Assembly: GCA_037128175.1 (NCBI GenBank)
Contig: JBAXWY010000060.1
Span: forward strand, 1 to 12,960
DNA: 12,960 bases
From: Methanothrix sp.
Lineage (GTDB): Archaea > Halobacteriota > Methanosarcinia > Methanotrichales > Methanotrichaceae
Reading direction: 5' to 3'
The first letter of the stretch is position 1. Every line of letters begins with the position of its first letter. Both the position numbers and the translations under genes were made by a program. Positions 1 to 5,787 of the stretch are shown here, piece after piece. A model generated the notes under the pieces. The model made no database searches and had not been told where the DNA came from. It worked only from the letters and a program-made list of their open reading frames with translations.

Positions 1-292
1 GTTTATACGTATTGGCGTTCTCCAGTGCAGCTTGTGGATCCTTGAATGCATAGGGATTCTGAAGCGCTTTATACAGATCGGTCACGTTCGACGCCGTTTG
101 AGGAATGCTCTTCTCATCCACATTTTGCATCGCCTTGAACAGGTCGGCTCGTTCCTGCGCCGTTTGAGGGGCGTTGCTTTTGTAAAGGTTATCGTAACTC
201 TGAGAAGCTCCCGTCCCAATCAAACCCACAATGAGGAAGACCGAAATGCAAAGCTTGGCGGATAAGAATCCCGATATCTCATTAACTGTCAT
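1..292 (-). CDS. Secreted hypothetical protein, 5' part only (runs off the left edge)
   Basis: Not in the ORF track. Manual translation from ATG at 292 is open to the window edge: MTVNEISGFLSAKLCISVFLIVGLIGTGASQSYDNLYKSNAPQTAQERADLFKAMQNVDEKSIPQTASNVTDLYKALQNPYAFKDPQAALENANTYK. It has a hydrophobic signal-peptide-like N-terminus and an internal repeat PQTAxxxxDL(F/Y)KA. Confidence 0.75.
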   Translation of the reverse strand, partial: MTVNEISGFLSAKLCISVFLIVGLIGTGASQSYDNLYKSNAPQTAQERADLFKAMQNVDEKSIPQTASNVTDLYKALQNPYAFKDPQAALENANTYK

Positions 293-608
293 TTCTTATC
301 ACCCGTTATCCTATCACTTGATATCTGCAATTACACTCTCTGAGATATATGAAGGTAAACATCATATGAGATCTCTGCGAGTCTCATGTAGAGGCATAAT
401 TGTGCATTTTATGACAGGATTGCACAGGTTAAAACATTATTGACGGAGAGTTCCGCTTCTAGCTCTTCGGTCTACCGGGCAAGTGAAATGGCGGCGGCGC
501 ACCCGCGCAGCGAGCTATAGGGGTATTATGTCCAAAAATAATTATTTTCATGATGTTCAGCTCCCACCAGATCTTCCTCGCTTTGCGAACCTATGAGCAA
601 AACCTTTT

Positions 609-1028
609 TCATGGCCTTAGGGAAAAGAACCTTACCTCACCACGTGTCTCCAACGAGATCTTGTTCTCGCGGCCAAGCCAGCCCAATGCGCCATAGATCT
701 CCTCGGGATTTAAGTTTGAAGTCTTCACGAGGTCATCAATCGTCATCGGACCATTTAGATTGAGGGCTTTCCATACGATGCCAGCATTAACGCCAAATAC
801 AGATTCGACTGCATCACTTATCTTCTTCTCTGAATCAGGCCTCGTCCCAGTATCTGCATCATTGACCACGATTCTAGTTGCATCAGCCTTCTTCTCTCCA
901 TCTGCATTATGCTCAAAACTGGCCTTCAGCTTCTTCACATCATCTTTTAAATTAGCCGCCGCCTTCCCTACTTCAGCCATCCCTTTCTTGACATCAGCCT
1001 TTGCTTTCTCTACAGTTTCGTTTGTCAT
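609..1028 (-). CDS. DUF2582 winged helix-turn-helix domain protein with charged N-terminal helical extension
   Basis: The C-terminus FGVNAGIVWKALNLNGPMTIDDLVKTSNLNPEEIYGALGWLGRENKI fits the DUF2582 pattern (G-x-N-A-G-x-V-W...A-x-G-W-L-x-R-E). Start set at ATG 1028 (MTNETVEK) because GGAGG lies at 1043-1039, and the track's longer N-terminus runs through repeat DNA. Confidence 0.85.
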   Translation of the reverse strand: MTNETVEKAKADVKKGMAEVGKAAANLKDDVKKLKASFEHNADGEKKADATRIVVNDADTGTRPDSEKKISDAVESVFGVNAGIVWKALNLNGPMTIDDLVKTSNLNPEEIYGALGWLGRENKISLETRGEVRFFSLRP

Positions 1029-1237
1029 TTTTTTGAATCCTCCTTTTGTGCTTCTAATTCTAGACACGACTTCGTTGAATTTAAGGTTTTTTTTATTTTG
1101 AGATCGAAGAAAGTCTAAGCGGACTGATCTGGGCAAGCGGCTACCGAGCGTCGCACCTGGCCGGGCTGGCCGACAGGCTGCTGTGCTGGCCGTGCCGGTG
1201 CCGAGGATCTTGATGGGGTCTAGGCAAAAGCATTCTC

Positions 1238-1424
1238 TTCCGTCCACGAGGAGCAGCTCTCGTACCTCTCTATCATTAGAGAGCCTGGTGGACTGGCTCG
1301 TCCACCAGCATCTTGCAGGCGATTATGCTCAGTACGGGTGTGGGTTATCTGATTTTGGTGGTCAGGGGATATCAATATATCCGATCGCGGGCTTGGGTCT
1401 ATGGGTCTGGATTTTCCGGAAAAC
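1238..1424 (-). pseudogene. Degenerate copy of the 5' end and upstream region of the DUF1638 gene
   Basis: Aligns with 5273-5456. It translates to (T)PVLSIIACKMLVDEPVH versus MPVLSIVACRMLEDELVH. The start ATG is replaced by ACA (1341-1339), there is a 1-nt insertion causing a frameshift, and the copy is truncated at about 1238. Confidence 0.85.
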
Positions 1425-1434
1425 AAAAGAGTAT

Positions 1435-2145
1435 TTAGAGCCCGTTCTTAGCTTTTATCTGTGAGATATCCGCTTCCATCCGGATCAATCTTTCTTTCAG
1501 ATCATCTCTCAAATCACAGCGAAGCTCTTTGACTTCATTTGTGATCTCATCTTTCGCATCATCTATCTTCTCTGCCAGCATCTCACCAATGTTGTTTACC
1601 TCTTGGCGAACATCCAGGACGGCTTCATGCACGCCCCTGATGTCATCACGGGATCCCTTTACCTCGTCACGGACGCCTCTGATGTCATCACGGGAACCCT
1701 TTATCTCGTCACGGACGCCTCTGATGTCATCACGGGAACCCTTTACCTCGTCACGGACGCCTCTGATGTCTTCATGGGTAGCTTTCAATTCAACTACAAT
1801 CTCTTTGCTGACGACAATGAGATCTTTAAGCAGGTCTGCGGCTTTGTCCAGGCGCTGATCGGTCTCGCCGCCGGAAACCATCTTCTCGAATCCAATGAAA
1901 TCTCCCGTGGCCGCAGTGTATTCATTTTCGATGCTCTGTACATCGATTAGAGCATCTTTTATCGTTAAGCAACTCCGAAATCGCTCCAGATCGGTTTGCC
2001 CCCCTTCAGCTACCACCTTAACTTTGCCGCTGGGAAGGTTCTGCACGTAACCTTGCAGTCCGAAGGCATTGGCCAGGATTACTACATTTGCTCTGTAGCC
2101 GGTCTTCTGTACCATGCCTGAGATGAAGGCGGTCAGTCTTGGCAT
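1435..2145 (-). CDS. Acylphosphatase-domain protein with C-terminal repeat coiled coil
   Basis: The N-terminus ISGMVQKTGYR...GLQGYVQNLPSGKVKVVAEG matches the acylphosphatase motifs (G-x-VQ-x-x-G-(F/Y)-R and G-(W/Y)-V-x-N) with the catalytic Arg and Asn retained. The C-terminal ~140 aa is helical with heptad repeats. ATG at 2145. Confidence 0.88.
   Translation of the reverse strand: MPRLTAFISGMVQKTGYRANVVILANAFGLQGYVQNLPSGKVKVVAEGGQTDLERFRSCLTIKDALIDVQSIENEYTAATGDFIGFEKMVSGGETDQRLDKAADLLKDLIVVSKEIVVELKATHEDIRGVRDEVKGSRDDIRGVRDEIKGSRDDIRGVRDEVKGSRDDIRGVHEAVLDVRQEVNNIGEMLAEKIDDAKDEITNEVKELRCDLRDDLKERLIRMEADISQIKAKNGL
1631..1770. repeat. 42-bp tandem repeat, about 3.3 copies, in frame (DDIRGVRDE[V/I]KGSR)
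   Basis: Unit acgcctctgatgtcatcacgggaaccctttacctcgtcacgg starts at 1631, 1673 and 1715, with a partial copy at 1757. The copies are near-identical with no spacers. Confidence 0.95.
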
Positions 2146-2189
2146 CAATTACAATTAATTGCTTTCAATATATCTATCTTCTCCTTAAT

Positions 2190-2310
2190 GCAGATGTTTC
2201 GCGAGCTGGCGGACACGAATGCATCAGGAAGAGGCAGCCGCCAGTGGACCCTGGAGGAGCTAATTGCAAGTGGCAGCATTTATGGGCAGGGAGACAATAG
2301 CCGTGCGTAC
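2190..2310 (+). repeat. Degenerate copy of 5472-5588 (region further upstream of DUF1638)
   Basis: Collinear blocks: gcagatgttt/gcagacgttt, ggaggagctaattgcaagtggcagc/ggaggagctattgcatgaggcggc and cagggagacaatagccgtgcgtac/cagggggacaaagtcgtgcggac. Confidence 0.7.
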
Positions 2311-2347
2311 TTCCCCCGCGCGGGCGCGCCCGGGCCCGTCCCAGGGC

Positions 2348-2399
2348 ACCCGGTCGGGCAGGGCCGCGTGGGTCCGCCCGCGTGGTGGTAGCTGGAGAA
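2348..2399 (+). repeat. GC-rich hairpin-forming direct repeat, copy 1
   Basis: acccggtcgggcagggccgcgtgggtccgcccgcgtggtggtagctggagaa is 46/52 identical to 2859-2909. Confidence 0.9.
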
Positions 2400-2411
2400 G
2401 AATGAGTAGAA

Positions 2412-2813
2412 TTATGCCTTTATCCGCTGAAGCCTATCAATGAAGACCCGCCCCATTTCACCATCTTCAAGATATAACATCTCAATCTCATTTTCAGAAA
2501 TGATCGTGCCCAGGGAATATCCCTCACTAAATTCGACTCTAAAGATCGTTTTGTTATCTAAACCAATTGCTCCGGCAAAGCCTTCGACGGATTCTGTCCC
2601 ATTCTCTGTGTATGTCACATTTCCCGCAAAGAGCCGTCCATTCTGCTCGGTGATCGAAAAATTAAGGCTGTTCTCAGGAAGTGTGTTGAAACCTTCTTCA
2701 GCAATGTAGCCATTTCCAGTGGCTGTCCAGTTCCCCAATAGGTCCGGAATTTGCGCCGAACAGAATCCCGTGATCAGAAAGATCAACGATAACAAACGCC
2801 AAATCTGTTTCAT
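2412..2813 (-). CDS. Small secreted hypothetical protein, probably beta-rich
   Basis: Signal-peptide-like MKQIWRLLSLIFLITGFCSA, followed by PDLLGNWT...FSITEQNGRLFAG...EGFAGAIG with an alternating beta-strand pattern and N-glycosylation sequons (NWT, NFS, NVT, NGT, NKT). ATG 2813 chosen; 2819 is also possible. Confidence 0.8.
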   Translation of the reverse strand: MKQIWRLLSLIFLITGFCSAQIPDLLGNWTATGNGYIAEEGFNTLPENSLNFSITEQNGRLFAGNVTYTENGTESVEGFAGAIGLDNKTIFRVEFSEGYSLGTIISENEIEMLYLEDGEMGRVFIDRLQRIKA

Positions 2814-2858
2814 ATACATAACGTAGTACACTTCCGTTATAAATTTTTGCTAATAGGT

Positions 2859-2909
2859 ACCCGGTCGGGCAGGGCTGTGCGGGTCCGCCCGCGCGGCGGT
2901 GCTGGAGAA
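2859..2909 (+). repeat. GC-rich hairpin-forming direct repeat, copy 2
   Basis: acccggtcgggcagggctgtgcgggtccgcccgcgcggcggtgctggagaa matches 2348-2399. A shorter relative (gcacctggccgggctggccg) is at 1153-1172. Confidence 0.9.
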
Positions 2910-2981
2910 TCGGATCGGAAAGCCAGGCGAAGCTGTGGCGCAAGGAGGCTGGGCTGGGCTGCTAGGCAGAGCCAATGCAGA

Positions 2982-3006
2982 ATCTTGATGGTGTTTAGAC
3001 AGAAAC
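2982..3006 (+). repeat. Short dispersed direct repeat shared with 1207-1231
   Basis: atcttgatggtgtttagacagaaac versus atcttgatggggtctaggcaaaagc is 20/25 ungapped, with weaker similarity extending about 25 bp leftwards. Confidence 0.6.
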
Positions 3007-3017
3007 TAAGACTGCGA

Positions 3018-3245
3018 TCAGGTCGCTGAAATCCATTCGTCTCTGCAGATCCCCGTCTCTTTGAGAATGATCTGTTGCAGCTTAACGCTGATCTTCTCGC
3101 CATGATGTGGATTGGGGATCATCACAAAGACGCCATCTTTTACCATATGTTGGTGCTTTGTTCCCGGATATGGGCCTGTGAATCCTATTGCCGTCAATTT
3201 CTTAATGAGTTCACGTCGAGAGATAGGAATAAGCTTAGTCGACAA
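3018..3245 (-). CDS. hicA: Type II TA toxin, HicA family mRNA interferase
   Basis: PISRRELIKKLTAIGF...GTKHQHM...IPNPHHGEKISVKLQQIILKETGI is a typical HicA pattern with the His after the Gly turn. The likely start is TTG at 3245, overlapping the end of hicB. Confidence 0.88.
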   Translation of the reverse strand: MSTKLIPISRRELIKKLTAIGFTGPYPGTKHQHMVKDGVFVMIPNPHHGEKISVKLQQIILKETGICRDEWISAT

Positions 3246-3489
3246 CGGCAATTGGCTCCTTTGAGGACGCAATTATTTGTCCGCCAATGGGTGGGATGGG
3301 ATAGCCCCATTGCAGGCGAGCTACTATCCATTCCTCAATGACTTCAATGAGATCCATGCGACATTTTTCTAGAGTGTCTCCCACGGCAATCACACCCTGA
3401 AGTCCCGGCACTGTGGCAACGAAGGAACCATCTTCCAGGGTGTCATACTCTGCCTGCATTAAGGCCGCCCGGATGTATTCGGAAAACAT
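3235..3489 (-). CDS. hicB: Type II TA antitoxin, HicB family (short form)
   Basis: AEYDTLEDGSFVATVPGLQGVIAVGDTLEKCRMDLIEVIEEWI...GYPIP is the HicB partial RNase-H-fold pattern. It is 84 aa and overlaps hicA. Confidence 0.9.
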   Translation of the reverse strand: MFSEYIRAALMQAEYDTLEDGSFVATVPGLQGVIAVGDTLEKCRMDLIEVIEEWIVARLQWGYPIPPIGGQIIASSKEPIAVVD

Positions 3490-3532
3490 ATTGCATTTAA
3501 TAGATCATTAAAAGGATTTAATCCTTGCCCAG

Positions 3533-3640
3533 CTTCATTCTCCCAGGAACTTCTTTCGTGCCATGCGGCAAATGGCCAGCATCGCCGCCAGGCACCCCTT
3601 GGAGTTGAAGCCGCTGATCCGTGCGCCGGGGCGGGCGCTC
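3533..3640 (-). pseudogene. Degenerate copy of the 3' end of the DUF1638 gene
   Basis: 3533-3600 is 63/68 identical to 4441-4508. It encodes KGCLAAMLAICRMARKKFLGE* versus KGCLKAMQAICRMTRKKFLGE*. Weaker similarity continues to about 3640/4548. Confidence 0.9.
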
Positions 3641-3689
3641 TCCCTGCCATGAGATTGAAGAAGTGGGCCTAACATGGCCATAAGCTAAT

Positions 3690-3732
3690 CTTAAATACCT
3701 GATAATACCAAGATATTACCAAGGTAACCAGT
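3690..3732 (+). promoter_or_regulatory. Putative TATA box and operator repeats of the antitoxin-PemK operon
   Basis: CTTAAATA at 3690-3697 overlaps the first of several ~11-bp direct repeats (aatacctgat, aataccaagat, attaccaaggt, aaccagt) that include the inverted repeat TTACC-aa-GGTAA at 3716-3727. Confidence 0.45.
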
Positions 3733-3775
3733 AAGAGGATAATATTGTGTATTCAGATATCGATGAGGGGAACAA

Positions 3776-3985
3776 ATGATGCAGATAATTAATAGGGGTT
3801 TTATAAGTCCAGAAATAGCGAAGCCCGAAGCCCCGGCCCCGAGCGTGTTGCCCGACCCCTCTTTCGAGGATGACAGGACAATTGTTATGAGTCTTATGCG
3901 AGCCTCTCAGCTAACCATCGCACCACTTATCGAGAAGGAAGCAGATATCTATACGGTAGCTGACCTAAAAGTTAGGTTCAGATAA
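3776..3985 (+). CDS. Putative antitoxin of the downstream PemK/MazF toxin
   Basis: A 69-aa ORF directly upstream of and co-oriented with the toxin, with an acidic C-terminal motif (EKEADIYTVADLKVRFR) and a purine-rich GAGGGG before the ATG. The assignment is mainly positional. Confidence 0.6.
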   Translation: MMQIINRGFISPEIAKPEAPAPSVLPDPSFEDDRTIVMSLMRASQLTIAPLIEKEADIYTVADLKVRFR

Positions 3986-4012
3986 GAGTAGCCTTGCTTT
4001 GGTGATTAAACA

Positions 4013-4384
4013 ATGTCAGGAGAGCCACCAAAGACACCAAAGGGAAGTATTATTTTAGCTTGGTTTCCATACACAGATTTCAGCGGAGAAAAGCTGAGGC
4101 CGGCATTGGTCCTCTATGAAGGATATTTGGATGTAACTGTGGCATATATATCCGGCCAGATTCCTGCAAAACCATTACCGTCTGACTTGCTCATCTTACC
4201 CGGCACGTCTTCCTATACAAATACCGGATTGAAAGAGCCTTCTGTTCTCTCAATTGACAAAATCATGATTCTTGATAAGAAGAAAAGCGAAGGCATAATA
4301 GGAGTAGCCGACGACGATCTTAAACGAGAAGTCAATCTGAAAATAACCCAGTGCTTAATGTTTAACGACGTATCTTTTAGATAG
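4013..4384 (+). CDS. Type II TA toxin, PemK/MazF family endoribonuclease
   Basis: KGSIILAWFPYTDFSGEKLRPALVL...VTVAYIS...TGLKEPSVLSIDKIMILDK...IG matches the PemK/MazF motifs (FP-x-TD...K-x-RP-A-L-V; GL-x-x-x-S...DK). GGTGA RBS at 4001-4005. Confidence 0.9.
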   Translation: MSGEPPKTPKGSIILAWFPYTDFSGEKLRPALVLYEGYLDVTVAYISGQIPAKPLPSDLLILPGTSSYTNTGLKEPSVLSIDKIMILDKKKSEGIIGVADDDLKREVNLKITQCLMFNDVSFR

Positions 4385-4442
4385 CAAGCAACTTGTGCTA
4401 GCTGTCATTTCCGCCCCAATCCCTGCCCCCTGTTTCGAGCCT

Positions 4443-5375
4443 TCATTCTCCCAGGAACTTCTTTCGTGTCATGCGGCAAATGGCCTGCATCGCCTTCAGG
4501 CAGCCCTTGTAATTTGGGCTGTGAATCCGTGCGTGCGGCGGTGCGCTCGCGTGCGGGGCCGCCAGCAAGCGGCTCTTTGCTCTCTCGTAGCAGCCTCTCG
4601 CCACAGCCGTTCCTCCCGGCAGCTCGATTCTTTGCAGCCTGAACTCTCGGGCAAAGCCGTCCACCTTCTCGATGAATCCCGGCTCAAAGCACAGGCCCGT
4701 GTCTATCCTGGCCACCTTGGTCATGCCGGTTCCCTTCAGCATCGCCCCCAGGTCCAGGCGCTGGCCCGAGGCCACCTCTTCGCCCATCGTCCTCCAGTTG
4801 GAGGCCCACATGGGAGTCATGAAGAGCGCCACGTCCTGGTGCTCGGCTAAAGTTCGATCATAGTTTTCGTTTCCGCCCAGAGCAAGAGCAATGCAGTCAT
4901 CGATTCTCTCTCCGCCCTCATCGGTCAAGAAGTAGATCGGGCAGGCCAGGTCGGAGAGGTCGTGCTCCAGATCGGCCAGAGCGTTGCCGCATTTGCCGTA
5001 GAAGATCAGTATCCCGTCCGAGAATGCGGCCAGGATGCGAATATTATCATATACTGCGGCCTTAAGCTGCTCCAGGTCGGAGTGCAGCCCCAGACGAAGC
5101 GGGCTTACCACAACCACAAGCTCCGCCGCTTTGGGGTGGGCGCTCCCGCGAGAAAAGATACCGCCCGGCCTGCTCTGCCGCTCCAGGAGGTGCGGGGCAA
5201 TGCTGTCCTGGCCCAGCAGGAGGTGGGGGCGACTTTGCGCTCTCAGCTTTGCGGAGAGGCTCAGGGACTGCATTCCGTCCACGAGGAGAAGCTCACGGAC
5301 CTCTCCATCGGCAGAGAGCAGATGGACTAGCTCGTCCTCCAGCATCCGGCAGGCGACTATGGACAGTACGGGCAT
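4443..5375 (-). CDS. DUF1638 domain-containing protein
   Basis: Recognised motifs: IVACRMLEDE, LGLH, DGILIFYGKCG, RIDDCIALALGG and LFMTPMW. These conserved Cys-containing motifs are characteristic of DUF1638 proteins of methanogens. The gene is visibly more GC-rich than its neighbours. Confidence 0.82.
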   Translation of the reverse strand: MPVLSIVACRMLEDELVHLLSADGEVRELLLVDGMQSLSLSAKLRAQSRPHLLLGQDSIAPHLLERQSRPGGIFSRGSAHPKAAELVVVVSPLRLGLHSDLEQLKAAVYDNIRILAAFSDGILIFYGKCGNALADLEHDLSDLACPIYFLTDEGGERIDDCIALALGGNENYDRTLAEHQDVALFMTPMWASNWRTMGEEVASGQRLDLGAMLKGTGMTKVARIDTGLCFEPGFIEKVDGFAREFRLQRIELPGGTAVARGCYERAKSRLLAAPHASAPPHARIHSPNYKGCLKAMQAICRMTRKKFLGE

Positions 5376-5400
5376 GGGTTAGCTGGATTTGGTGGTAAGG

Positions 5401-5416
5401 GGATATCAAGATATCC
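5401..5416. promoter_or_regulatory. Palindromic putative operator GGATAT-N4-ATATCC upstream of DUF1638
   Basis: ggatatcaagatatcc lies 26-41 bp upstream of the ATG. Both arms are also intact in the degenerate copy at 1367-1382 (ggatatcaatatatcc). Confidence 0.5.
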
Positions 5417-5787
5417 AATCGCGGGCTGATTTCTGGATTTGGAATTTCCTGAAAACGATTACGGACTCAAGGCAGACGTTTTGTTGGGTTGCGATTCGAA
5501 AACATCCGAAAAAGAGCAACATTCCCGACGGCCGGAGGAGCTATTGCATGAGGCGGCCCTCTGATCAGGGGGACAAAGTCGTGCGGACGGAAAAAGCTCT
5601 GGCCGTGTTTGATCATTCTGGATCTTCAGTTCATGAATGGGAGAAAGAATGATGCTATGCCGCCAGACCACGGACAGGGAAAAAAGCTTGATTTGAAAGT
5701 GGCCCAGGATAGAGCGCGCAAACGAACAAATCATATAATTGTAGGGATTACTGATTCCAATTATGATCTGATGGAGGAGAACAATAA

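Noticed and set aside
32-443. Plus-strand ORFs 32..265 and 231..443
   Set aside because: They are antisense to, or overlap the upstream region of, the more protein-like minus-strand ORF starting at 292, and show no recognisable motifs.
1029-1247. 72-aa N-terminal extension of the DUF2582 ORF given in the track
   Set aside because: It runs through GC-rich repeat DNA and an A-tract. A good RBS and ATG exist at 1043-1028.
1631-1770. 42-bp repeats as a CRISPR array
   Set aside because: The units are contiguous with no unique spacers, are in frame within a CDS, and no cas genes are present.
2348-2909. Canonical integron attC sites
   Set aside because: No RYYYAAC...GTTRRRY core pair bounds the hairpins and there is no IntI-like integrase in the window. 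Kept only as an analogy.
1183-3103. Short ORFs 1183..1464, 1220..1426, 2188..2391, 2698..2943, 2837..3103 and 2847..3029
   Set aside because: They are chance frames across GC-rich scaffold repeats or pseudogene DNA, or overlap better-supported genes.
4395-5734. ORFs overlapping or adjoining DUF1638 (4395..4850, 4496..4687, 4672..4863, 4962..5330, 5035..5382, 5389..5652, 5459..5734)
   Set aside because: They are shadow ORFs of a GC-rich gene and its upstream repeat region, with no motifs.
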